From Algiphilus sp. (GTDB lineage: Bacteria > Pseudomonadota > Gammaproteobacteria > Nevskiales > Nevskiaceae), in the NCBI RefSeq assembly GCF_965249985.1, contig NZ_OZ252280.1: a stretch of 64,000 nt of DNA; one strand, 5' to 3'. Below, piece by piece: positions 17,752-26,865 of the stretch. The translations under genes and the position numbers were made by a program. The notes beneath the pieces are model-generated. The model was not told where the DNA came from. It searched no databases and saw only the letters and a program-made list of their open reading frames with translations. Position 1 is the stretch's first letter; each line of letters opens with the position of its first letter.

Positions 17752-17779
17752 TGCCGAGCCTTTGAGCAGGGAGCGTGTG

Positions 17780-18946
17780 ATGCCATCAAGGGTGCTGTGG
17801 GGGCTGGTCCTGGCGACCGGGGTGCTGGGCGTGGTTGCGTTGGCCATTTTCGCGCCCGGCTTCTTGCCGTTGCCCGAGCGAGCGGCGTCGTCATCGTCGC
17901 TGAACATCTCCTGGTTTGTCTATCGCGATGTCAATCGCAACGGCATCTATGATCTTGCCGATCGACCTTATGCTGGGTTGCCGGTGCAGCTCAGCCGGCC
18001 CGACGGCAGCACCCGCGTTCATCGCTCCAATATCAACGGCTTCGCTAATTTCAAGATGTCGCGCGATCCATCGGCCGGCGTCATACACCGCGCACAGCCG
18101 TACCGCTTTACGGCACGCCTTCCGGATCAGTGGGAGGTCACCTCCGGCGCGCGCGAGGAAACGGTTTCCTTTGTGGAGCGCGATGGGGCCCCGGCGGGTC
18201 TGATTGCCGAGCGCGTGATGGAGCCGCTCGGGGTATCTCCGCGGCCGCAGATCATGGGCCAGGTGGGTGGCGATGCCGGGCGCTACGCGCTACGCGCCAT
18301 CCGCCCCGACGGCAGTATGCGCACCATCGCGCTCGAACCTCAGGGGCAGTTCCGTGTGTCCGGCATGGATGGCGCCTGGCAGCTCATTCGTGAGGATCTT
18401 GAGAGCGGCGAGCAGGTTCGTCGACGCGTGGCCATGGGCTTTTATCCGCAGGTCCTTTCCGCCGCCTTCTTCTCCGAGGCAAGGGAGGCGCCCCCGGCAA
18501 GACAAGCGGTGACGGTGCGCTTCGATGACCTGATCACCACCAATACCGTGTACGAGATCCCCAACGGTTATCGCGGATTGCTGTGGAAGAACTGGCTGGT
18601 GACGCACAACTTGTTCTATCAAGGGGCGGGCTATGTCAATGCCACGGTGTCATCGGAATTTCTGGCCTACAACAGCTCCGGCCACCCGGCGCGCATTGCG
18701 CACGATCAGCCCTTTGATTTCGAGGGCAGCTATATCGGTGTCGCCTGGCCGCAGGCGCGCCGCGGCGGGGTCCACGTCAAGGGCTATCGAGGCGACCAGC
18801 TCGTGTACCACGATCGGCTCCAGCTCGATCCGCGCTCGCCGGTGTACTTCCACGCCGGGTATCGCGATATCACCGCTGTCGAGATCTATTCGGATCTCTA
18901 CTGGCAGGTGGTACTGGACGACAGCCGGTTTCGCCTGCCGCGCTGA
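17780..18946 (+). CDS. Hypothetical secreted/membrane-anchored protein (N-terminal SdrD-B/Cna-B-like fold motif; uncharacterised C-terminal domain)
   Basis: SD 'GCAGGGAG' precedes ATG 17780. Hydrophobic N-terminus 'VLWGLVLATGVLGVVALAIFAPG'. 'FVYRDVNRNGIYDLADRPYAGLPVQLSRPDGS...NINGFANF' resembles D-x-N-x-NG-x-x-D B-repeat folds. The C-terminal ~170 aa ('IPNGYRGLLWKNW...GYVNATVSSEFLAYNSSGHP...FDFEGSYIGVAW') was not assigned to any family. Confidence 0.7.
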   Translation: MPSRVLWGLVLATGVLGVVALAIFAPGFLPLPERAASSSSLNISWFVYRDVNRNGIYDLADRPYAGLPVQLSRPDGSTRVHRSNINGFANFKMSRDPSAGVIHRAQPYRFTARLPDQWEVTSGAREETVSFVERDGAPAGLIAERVMEPLGVSPRPQIMGQVGGDAGRYALRAIRPDGSMRTIALEPQGQFRVSGMDGAWQLIREDLESGEQVRRRVAMGFYPQVLSAAFFSEAREAPPARQAVTVRFDDLITTNTVYEIPNGYRGLLWKNWLVTHNLFYQGAGYVNATVSSEFLAYNSSGHPARIAHDQPFDFEGSYIGVAWPQARRGGVHVKGYRGDQLVYHDRLQLDPRSPVYFHAGYRDITAVEIYSDLYWQVVLDDSRFRLPR

Positions 18947-18964
18947 GGCTGGCTGCTACGCGCT

Positions 18965-20155
18965 TCAGGCGGCAGCGGCCGGCGTGGCGCCTTGCAGCCA
19001 ACGGTCGACCTCGGGCCAGATACGCGTCGGGGCCTCACGACCGCTGACGATGCTCATGTGCCCGCCGGGCACGGTGAAGACGGTGCATTCCGCCTGCGCC
19101 ATCAAGTCCACCAGCCGCTGGCTCGCAGCGGGCGTGATGATGGGATCCTTGTCGCCCACGACGATGAGTACCCTTGTCTTGATATCGCGTAGTCGGGCGC
19201 TGCAGCCGCGGATGGGCAGCTTGCCCCTGGCCAGCACATTGTCCGTGATCAGGAATTGCACAATGTCCTGCGCCACGCCACCCGGGTAGGCGACCATGTT
19301 GTCGAGAAAGGCGGCGTGGGTAGCGTGTGCCTGTACATGGCTGCGGTCATCAAGGCGTCGCAGCAGCTCGAGATGACCGCGCAGGGTGCCGGCGGGGCTC
19401 ATCAGCTTGAAGCCCAGCGCATTGGCCCAGCCGGGCACGTGCCAGAGCACGCTGGGGCTGTCATGGACCTTCCAGCCGGTATGCCGGGACAGCGCCTTGA
19501 GCGGGCCGGCCAGGTGCCGATTCACCATTCCCGGCGCGTGGTAGTCGCAGGGCGGGCCGAGCAGCACCAGCGCTTCGAGATCCGGATCCCCCAGGGCGGC
19601 ATAGGCGTAGCTGAACAGGGCGCCCAGGCTCCAGCCATGCAGCACGACGCGTCGCTGGCCGCAGTGGGCACGCGCGGCTTCCAGCATGGCCGGCATGAAG
19701 TCCTGCAGGTAGGTGCCCATGGTGTAGTGCGCGTGCCGGCGCGTCGGCGCCCCCCAATCGATCAGATAGACGGGATGGCCTTGATCGCGCAGGTGCGCCA
19801 CCAGGCTGCGATCCGGGAAGAGGTCGTAGATGAGCATATTGACGCCCGCCGGCGGGACCACTATGACCGGCGTTTTGGTCGCAGTTCCCGGCAGGGGCGG
19901 TGGGTAGTGCCGCAGGGACACGATCTCGCGGCGTGCGATGACCTCAAAGGGCGCGGTCTGCGCCAACACCAGCCGGTCCGGGCGGCGTAGCCGGTCGTGC
20001 AGATTGGTGACGCGGGTGGACAGTCGAAGGCCAGCAGATGCCATGGGGAAGGGGCTCGTAATCGCGAGGGTGCGCAGTCGGGGACGCGGTACCTTGTCCC
20101 ACAGCCAGCGCACGCCGAAATCGAGTGGCGCATTGTAGTGGTTGGCTGCCGCCAT
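18965..20155 (-). CDS. Alpha/beta-fold hydrolase (PhaC-like/COG3243-type fold but Ser nucleophile)
   Basis: 'VIVVPPAGVNMLIYDLFPDRSLVAHLRDQGHPVYLIDWG' and nucleophile elbow 'LHGWSLGA' (G-x-S-x-G). The start codon is uncertain (Met1 at 20155 or Met38 at 20044; neither has an obvious SD). Confidence 0.78.
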   Translation of the reverse strand: MAAANHYNAPLDFGVRWLWDKVPRPRLRTLAITSPFPMASAGLRLSTRVTNLHDRLRRPDRLVLAQTAPFEVIARREIVSLRHYPPPLPGTATKTPVIVVPPAGVNMLIYDLFPDRSLVAHLRDQGHPVYLIDWGAPTRRHAHYTMGTYLQDFMPAMLEAARAHCGQRRVVLHGWSLGALFSYAYAALGDPDLEALVLLGPPCDYHAPGMVNRHLAGPLKALSRHTGWKVHDSPSVLWHVPGWANALGFKLMSPAGTLRGHLELLRRLDDRSHVQAHATHAAFLDNMVAYPGGVAQDIVQFLITDNVLARGKLPIRGCSARLRDIKTRVLIVVGDKDPIITPAASQRLVDLMAQAECTVFTVPGGHMSIVSGREAPTRIWPEVDRWLQGATPAAAA

Positions 20156-20194
20156 GGGGCGACGGACATCGATGCCGCGATGCGCCGTGCCGGG

Positions 20195-20989
20195 CTAGTG
20201 GTTGCGCATGGCGAAATAGGCGACCAATGCCTGCAGCTGCCGCGGCAGGAAACGCATCGAGAAGGCGCTGAGCGCGTTGATGAGTCCGGTCACGATTTCC
20301 GGCCGGCCCGCCAGCATGCGCTTGACGCCCATGCGCGCCACGGTCGCACTCGTCATCATCGTGGCCTTGTGGAACCAGGTTTTCTTTTGGCCCGAGACCT
20401 GCAGGAACTCGGTAGCGGTGACGCCCGGGCAGACGGTGGTGCAGGTGACGCCGCTGCCACGCAGCTCGAAATGCAGGGCGTGTCCCAGGCTGAGTACATA
20501 GGCCTTGGCGGCCGCATAGGCGGCGTAACCCGGCGACGGCTGGAAGGCGCCCACCGAGGAGATCAGCATGATGCGGCCTCTGCCGCGCGCCACCATGCCG
20601 TTGACGAAAAGCCGGGTGAGATGGGTGAGGGCAACGACATCGACTTGCAGCATCTGCTCGGTCCGCTCCCAGGAAAGATCCTGAAAATCCCCGAAGAGCC
20701 CGAAGCCGGCGTTATTGATGAGTATGTCGACGCGCTCGCCTGCGTCGCTCAGCGCCTGGTGCAGCGCGGTGCAGGCCGCAGGATCGCCAAGATCGGCAAC
20801 GCGATAGGACACATCCGCCGCATAACTGCTACGCAAGTCTTCACAGACCTGCTGCAACTGCGCCTCGCGCCGCGCCACCAAAATGAGTCGGGCCCCGCGC
20901 GCGGCGAGTTCGCGTGCGAAATCGACACCGAGGCCGCTGGAAGCGCCGGTTATCAGTGCGGTCTGTCCGTTCAGGTCTTGATCAGCCAT
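20195..20989 (-). CDS. Short-chain dehydrogenase/reductase (SDR)
   Basis: 'ALITGASSGLGVDFARELAARGARLILVAR', 'NNAG', catalytic 'YAAAKAY'. Confidence 0.9.
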   Translation of the reverse strand: MADQDLNGQTALITGASSGLGVDFARELAARGARLILVARREAQLQQVCEDLRSSYAADVSYRVADLGDPAACTALHQALSDAGERVDILINNAGFGLFGDFQDLSWERTEQMLQVDVVALTHLTRLFVNGMVARGRGRIMLISSVGAFQPSPGYAAYAAAKAYVLSLGHALHFELRGSGVTCTTVCPGVTATEFLQVSGQKKTWFHKATMMTSATVARMGVKRMLAGRPEIVTGLINALSAFSMRFLPRQLQALVAYFAMRNH

Positions 20990-21659
20990 CGTTGGGTCCT
21001 CCCGGGGTCCAGCCGCGCAATACGGCCGTAAAGGTGTGTTCGAACTGTGTCGCGAAATCCACCGCGAAGACGGATAGCGCTGGGTCAGCCTGCACCTTGC
21101 GGATGACAGGCGCTGGATCGGCGGCGTGTTGCCAGCCGACCGTCAGAATGTGTGCATTCAGCATGAGCCGGAACCCGTCACCCGGCGCACAGGCGGGCAG
21201 CAGGCGCTCGAGTGTCGTGGCACAGGGCGCGAGGCCCGCGTACAGGCGCTGCTTGAAGGCGCGCGCCGCCGTCTCGTCAATGTTCTGCTCCAGCACCACG
21301 TGCAGCAGTCCAATCAGCTTGCGCAGCAGTGGTCGGGCGGCGATGGCCTGCGTAAAGGTCCGGGTGATGCGCTCCGGCGTCGCCGGCGCCTGCAGCTGGT
21401 TCAGCGCGCTGTCCAGGGCACGCAGGCAGTCCTCGAGCTCTTCGCCGAGCAAAGCGACGAAGAGGGCTTCCTTGGTGGGGAAATACAGGTAGACCGTGCC
21501 CTTGGCGATATCCGCCTGTTGCGCGATGCGGGCCATCGCCAATCGCTCGTAGGGCGTCTCAGCCAGCAAGCCGCGCGCCGTTTCCATGATGCGCCTGCGA
21601 CGGTCCGCCTGCTGCGCGGGGTGGTGCGCGCGCCGCAGTGGCGTGGAGGGAGTGACCAT
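20982..21659 (-). CDS. TetR/AcrR-family transcriptional regulator
   Basis: HTH region '[47 protein letters not shown]'. Its 3' end overlaps the SDR start by 8 nt, giving an operon tetR-SDR-hydrolase. Confidence 0.9.
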   Translation of the reverse strand: MVTPSTPLRRAHHPAQQADRRRRIMETARGLLAETPYERLAMARIAQQADIAKGTVYLYFPTKEALFVALLGEELEDCLRALDSALNQLQAPATPERITRTFTQAIAARPLLRKLIGLLHVVLEQNIDETAARAFKQRLYAGLAPCATTLERLLPACAPGDGFRLMLNAHILTVGWQHAADPAPVIRKVQADPALSVFAVDFATQFEHTFTAVLRGWTPGGPNDG

Positions 21660-21688
21660 GGGTCAACTATTAATGACCCAAGGTCATT
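21653..21688. promoter_or_regulatory. Two copies of a TGACC-N3-GGTCA palindrome (candidate TetR operators)
   Basis: TGACCatgGGTCA (21653-21665) spans the tetR start codon. AATGACCcaaGGTCATT (21672-21688) is a 7+7 perfect repeat. The centres are 21 bp apart. Confidence 0.45.
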
Positions 21689-21849
21689 TGTCAATGGCTG
21701 CGCAGGATGCCCTTCCTGCCAACCCGTCAGTGCTGGCGATAGGCACGGCGGAGACCTGGTCGCCGCTGCGCGCAGCAATGCGGCAAGCCCTGGGTCGCGG
21801 CAATCGGCTGAGCTCGTGCTGCGCCCTGAGCCGCAGGGCGATAGCGCTA

Positions 21850-21863
21850 TTGATCCAGGTCAT
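21850..21863 (+). promoter_or_regulatory. FNR/Anr-like box upstream of ccoN
   Basis: TTGAT-ccag-GTCAT matches 8 of 10 positions of TTGAT-N4-ATCAA. By my count the box centre is 64.5 nt upstream of the ccoN ATG, the same spacing as the perfect box before hemN. Confidence 0.5.
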
Positions 21864-21920
21864 CGCGGCAGGTGGGCGCGTGCCGGACGATGTGCGCCAC
21901 TCGATAGGGGAGGAGCCCCA

Positions 21921-23350
21921 ATGGCTACGACGATTCCGGCTTCGCCGGCCAAGTATCACGACAAGGTCGTTCGTCAGTTCACGCTGATGACGGTGGTGTG
22001 GGGCATCGTCGGCATGACGGTGGGCGTGCTCATCGCCGCCCAGCTGTTGTGGCCGGCGCTCAACTTCGATACGCCCTGGCTGACCTACAGCCGCCTGCGG
22101 CCCTTGCACACCAACGCGGTGATCTTCGCCTTTGGTGGTAGTGCCCTAATCGCCACCAGCTACTGGATCGTGCAACGCACCTGCCATGTCCCGCTGTTTG
22201 CGCCCAAGCTCGCCGCCTTTACCTTCTGGGGCTGGCAGACGGTGATCGTGGCGGCCGCCATCACGCTCCCGCTCGGCATCACGCAGTCCAAGGAATACGC
22301 CGAACTGGAGTGGCCGATCGCGCTGCTCATTGCGGTGGTATGGGTGGCCTACGCCATTGTTTTCTTCGGCACGATCGCCATACGCCGCGTCAAGCACATT
22401 TACGTGGCCAACTGGTTCTACGGCGCCTTCATCATCGCCGTGGCGATGTTGCATATCGTCAACAACGCCGCCATCCCGGTCAGCATGTGGAAGTCCTACT
22501 CGGTCTACCCGGGCGTGGTAGATGCGATGGTGCAGTGGTGGTATGGCCACAACGCGGTGGGCTTCTTCCTGACCGCGGGCTTCCTCGGCATGATGTACTA
22601 CTTCGTGCCCAAGCAGGCAGGCCGGCCGGTCTTTTCGTATCGGCTGTCCATCGTCCACTTCTGGGCGCTCATCTCCATCTACATGTGGGCAGGCCCGCAC
22701 CATCTGCACTACACGGCGCTGCCGGACTGGGTGCAGTCGCTGGGCATGGCCTTCTCGCTGATCCTGTTCGCGCCCAGCTGGGGCGGCATGATCAACGGCA
22801 TCATGACGCTGTCGGGCGCCTGGCATAAGCTGCGCGAAGACCCGATCCTGAAGTTCCTGATCGTGTCGTTGTCCTTCTATGGCATGTCGACCTTCGAAGG
22901 GCCGATGATGTCGATCAAAACCGTGAATGCGCTCTCGCACTACACGGACTGGACCATCGGCCACGTGCATTCTGGCGCGCTCGGCTGGGTGGCGATGATT
23001 TCCATCGGATCCCTCTACGCGCTGATCCCGAAGCTGTGGGGCCGTTCGGAGATGTACAGCGTGCCGGCCATCAATCTGCACTTCTGGCTGTCCACCATCG
23101 GCGTGGTGCTGTACGCCGCCTCGATGTGGGTGGCCGGCATCATGCAGGGCCTGATGTGGCGCGCGGTGGAGGATGACGGAACCCTCACTTACAGCTTCAT
23201 GGAAGCGCTCAACGCCACCTATCCCTATTACGCAGTTCGTCTGTTGGGCGGCGCTCTCTTCCTGTCCGGCATGTTCATCATGGCCTGGAATGTCTGGAAG
23301 ACGATCGCCGGCCAGCAAGCGGCGCAGTTCACCGTCGCGGAGGCCCGGGC

Positions 23351-23354
<4 letters not shown>
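21921..23354 (+). CDS. ccoN: cbb3-type cytochrome c oxidase subunit I (CcoN)
   Basis: SD 'GGGGAGGAG' precedes ATG 21921. '[21 protein letters not shown]', '[16 protein letters not shown]', '[23 protein letters not shown]'. The track ORF start at 21126 is a spurious extension antisense to tetR. Confidence 0.95.
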
Positions 23355-23961
<607 letters not shown>

Positions 23962-23962
<1 letters not shown>

Positions 23963-24129
23963 TGCTGCAAGGAATCGTCACGCTGCTGGCCATGATCGCC
24001 TTTCTCGGCGTCTGCGTGTGGGCCTACAGCCGCCACAAGAAGGCGGATTTTGAGGAAGCGGCACGACTGCCGTTCAACGATGAAGAAGAGGATGGACACG
24101 AGGCCCATCGCAAGGAGAACCGCTCATGA
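23962..24129 (+). CDS. ccoQ: cbb3-type oxidase small subunit CcoQ (55 aa; below ORF-track cutoff)
   Basis: Hand translation: 'MLQGIVTLLAMIAFLGVCVWAYSRHKKADFEEAARLPFNDEEEDGHEAHRKENRS'. TGATG overlap with the ccoO stop and ATGA overlap with the ccoP start. CcoQ-typical 'W.Y...K..F.EAA.LPF'. Confidence 0.8.
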
Positions 24130-25025
24130 GTACCTTTTGGAGTGTGACGGTCACGGTGGTCGTTCTCCTGAACATTCTTGCCTGCGTCTGGTTGTTGATC
24201 TGGACCTCCAAGAAGCAGCCGGGAGAAGTGGCGGAAGGGGCCGAGAAGGACCACGTCTGGGACGGGGACTTGCGCGAGCTGAACAACCCGCTGCCGCGCT
24301 GGTGGCTCCATACCTTCATTCTCAGCATCGTCTTCGCGCTGGGCTATCTGGTGGCCTACCCAGGGCTCGGCAACTTCCCCGGCCTGCTCGGCTGGAGCCA
24401 GCACAAGCAACACGATGAGCGACTGGCCGAGGTGCAGGAACAGCGCCAGAGCTTCTATGCCCAATTCGAGGGCAAGAGCGTGACGGAGTTGGCCGGTGAT
24501 CCGGCGGCGCGCAGCTTCGGCAGTGAGCTGTATTCCATTCAGTGCGCCGGTTGCCACGGCGTCAATGCCCAGGGCGCCGTGGGATTCCCGAACCTGCGGG
24601 ACGATGTCTGGATCTGGGGCGGGGACGCGCAGGCGATTCACACCACCATTGCCAAGGGCCGCCAGGCCGTGATGCCGCAGTTCTACGCCACGCTGGATCA
24701 GGAAGCTGTTCCGGCCCTGATCGAGTACGTCCGCAACTGGGACAACGCCGATCTTCGGGGCGAGCGTCTGGCGCTGGCGCAGCAGACCTTTCAGCGCAAT
24801 TGCATGGCGTGTCATGGGCCCGACGGCCAGGGCAATCCGTTGATGGGGGCGCCGAATCTGCGTAACGGTGAATGGCTCTACGGCGGTAGTGAGGAAGCCG
24901 TGCGCCAGTCCATTCTGTTCGGCCGCAACGGCAATATGCCGGCTTTCGGCAACGCCCTGAGTGCGCTGGATATCGACCTGTTGGCGGCCTATGTGCTGGG
25001 TCTCAATGAAGGCGGCGCCGAATGA
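24126..25025 (+). CDS. ccoP: cbb3-type cytochrome c oxidase subunit III (CcoP, dihaem)
   Basis: N-terminal TM helix, 'NNPLPRWW', and two haem motifs 'CAGCHG' and 'CMACHG'. Confidence 0.93.
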   Translation: MSTFWSVTVTVVVLLNILACVWLLIWTSKKQPGEVAEGAEKDHVWDGDLRELNNPLPRWWLHTFILSIVFALGYLVAYPGLGNFPGLLGWSQHKQHDERLAEVQEQRQSFYAQFEGKSVTELAGDPAARSFGSELYSIQCAGCHGVNAQGAVGFPNLRDDVWIWGGDAQAIHTTIAKGRQAVMPQFYATLDQEAVPALIEYVRNWDNADLRGERLALAQQTFQRNCMACHGPDGQGNPLMGAPNLRNGEWLYGGSEEAVRQSILFGRNGNMPAFGNALSALDIDLLAAYVLGLNEGGAE

Positions 25026-25282
25026 AGGATCCCCAGATCCTCGTCGAACGCGAGCGCGCGCCGGACTGGTCCTACCGGTTCCGGCGCGCCGCCTCGATTG
25101 GCTGGGCCGCCTTCATCGGCGCCGTGCTTGCGCTGCTTGCCTTGCTGATGGCGTGGGAAACCCTGCTCATTTCCGGTGACCGACCCGGCTGGGGCCTCCT
25201 TGCCGGCTGCTTTGCGGTGATCTGGCTGATCGCACTGGTGCCGGCAGTGATTGCCTGGTCGCTGGCCGGACGCCCCCGATAA
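25022..25282 (+). CDS. Small two-TM membrane protein translationally coupled to ccoP (hypothetical)
   Basis: ATGA overlap with the ccoP stop. 86 aa with two hydrophobic helices ('IGWAAFIGAVLALLALLMAW', 'LLAGCFAVIWLIALVPAVIAW'). No family recognised. Confidence 0.55.
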   Translation: MKDPQILVERERAPDWSYRFRRAASIGWAAFIGAVLALLALLMAWETLLISGDRPGWGLLAGCFAVIWLIALVPAVIAWSLAGRPR

Positions 25283-25309
25283 CGCGCGACATCATCTACG
25301 AAGGAACGC

Positions 25310-26686
25310 ATGAGTCAGCAAGCCCAGACTGAGACAACGTCACTGTACGAGTCGGAGCCGAAGATCTATCCGCGCATGGCGCGTGGACGCTATGCCCGTT
25401 TGCGCGTACTGGCGATGGTGGTACTGCTGGGGCTGTACTACCTGCTGCCGTGGATCACCATCGGCGGCGAGCCGATCGTGCACTTCGATCTGCCCGCGCG
25501 ACGCTTTCACGTCTTCGGTCTCACGCTGGTGCCGCAGGATCTCTTCCTGCTTTCCTGGCTGCTGATTCTGGCGGCGCTGACGCTGTTCCTGTTCACCACC
25601 CTCGGCGGTCGGCTGTGGTGCGGCTATGCCTGTCCGCAGACGGTGTGGACGGAATCCTTCCTCTGGATCGAGCGCTGGATCGAAGGCGAGCGCCACCAGC
25701 GCATCAAGCTGGACCAGGCGCCCTGGGGGCCGAAAAAGATCCTGCGCAAGGGTGGCAAGCATCTGGCCTGGATCGTTTTCGCCGCCATCACCGGCATCAC
25801 CTTCGTCGCCTACTTCGTGCCAATGAAGGAGCTGATCGCAGATATCGCGCGCTTCGAAATGGGTGGTTGGGCCCTGTTCTGGAGCGCCTTTTACGGCTTC
25901 GCTACCTGGGGCAATGCGGGGTTCATGCGCGAGCAGGTGTGCAAATACATGTGTCCCTATGCCCGGTTCCAGTCCGCCATGTTCGATAAGGACACCCTCA
26001 TCATCGCCTACGACGAGAAGCGCGGGGAACCCCGCAAGCGGCTGGCGAAGCGCGAGGGCAATGTGGCGGGTGACTGCATCGATTGCTCGCTGTGCGTGCA
26101 GGTCTGTCCCACCGGCATCGATATCCGCGACGGCCTGCAATACGAGTGCATCGCCTGTGCCGCCTGCGTCGACGCCTGCAACAGCATCATGGATCACGTC
26201 GGTAAACCACGCGGCCTGATCCGATACACCAGCGAGCGCCACGACGCGGAAGGGCGCTTCCACATCCTGCGCCCGCGCATGATTGGCTACTTCGTTGTCT
26301 GGCTGGTAATCGGCGCTGCCTTGGTCACTGCCTTGGTCATGCGTTCGCCGGTGGAGCTGGATGTCATGCGCGATCGCAACAATCTCTATCGCGAGCTGCC
26401 GGGCGGCATCATCGAGAATGTCTTCGTGCTGCGACTGACGAATAAGCGCGAGGCGCCTCGAAGCTTTGCGCTGCAGGCAACCCGTCCCGACGGCAGCGTC
26501 CTGGATCTGCACCCAGAGCGCGTCACCCTGGAAGGCAGCGAGACCCGTCCTTTGACCGTTGGTGCGCGTATGCCGGCGGACGCCGCGGACCGCCCCTTCG
26601 ATATCACTTTCACTGCGACCGCCACCGACGATCCCGGTATCTCTACCCGTCAGACCGGTCGATTCATTCCCGGAGCCTTGCCATGA
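25310..26686 (+). CDS. ccoG: cbb3 oxidase accessory protein CcoG/FixG (polyferredoxin-like membrane protein)
   Basis: 'LWCGYACPQTVW', 'VCKYMCPYARFQSAMFD', and two 4Fe-4S motifs 'CIDCSLCVQVCPTGIDIR' and 'CIACAACVDAC'. Confidence 0.92.
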   Translation: MSQQAQTETTSLYESEPKIYPRMARGRYARLRVLAMVVLLGLYYLLPWITIGGEPIVHFDLPARRFHVFGLTLVPQDLFLLSWLLILAALTLFLFTTLGGRLWCGYACPQTVWTESFLWIERWIEGERHQRIKLDQAPWGPKKILRKGGKHLAWIVFAAITGITFVAYFVPMKELIADIARFEMGGWALFWSAFYGFATWGNAGFMREQVCKYMCPYARFQSAMFDKDTLIIAYDEKRGEPRKRLAKREGNVAGDCIDCSLCVQVCPTGIDIRDGLQYECIACAACVDACNSIMDHVGKPRGLIRYTSERHDAEGRFHILRPRMIGYFVVWLVIGAALVTALVMRSPVELDVMRDRNNLYRELPGGIIENVFVLRLTNKREAPRSFALQATRPDGSVLDLHPERVTLEGSETRPLTVGARMPADAADRPFDITFTATATDDPGISTRQTGRFIPGALP

Positions 26687-26865
26687 CCTTCCTGCGTCGT
26701 CTTCCTCTTGAACTGATGCTGGTCATTGGCATTCCCCTGGTCACGGTGGTGGCGGGCATCACCACCCTGATGATCGCGAGCCAGAACAGCTATTCGCCGC
26801 TGGTGGAGGGCCGCAGTGACCGGCTGGCCGGTCTCAGTAGCGCCGAGGAGACGCGCGAACAGTGA
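26683..26865 (+). CDS. 60-aa membrane-anchor protein in the FixH/CcoH position (mini FixH?)
   Basis: ATGA overlap with the ccoG stop and GTGA overlap with the ccoI start. It has a single TM helix 'LMLVIGIPLVTVVAGITTLMIA'. There is no room for a full-length periplasmic FixH domain. Confidence 0.5.
   Translation: MTFLRRLPLELMLVIGIPLVTVVAGITTLMIASQNSYSPLVEGRSDRLAGLSSAEETREQ

Noticed and set aside
17324-21659. Possible tRNA-Val-associated genomic island (hypothetical protein, hydrolase, SDR, TetR)
   Set aside because: No integrase, excisionase or transposase is present, and I found no direct repeat of the tRNA 3' end by eye. Gene composition looks like the rest of the window. I kept only a low-interest note on the long non-coding flanks.
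21126-21920. N-terminal 265-aa extension of the ccoN ORF in the track (742 aa)
   Set aside because: The extension overlaps tetR on the opposite strand and has junk-like composition. A strong SD and the canonical CcoN N-terminus ('[15 protein letters not shown]') begin at 21921.
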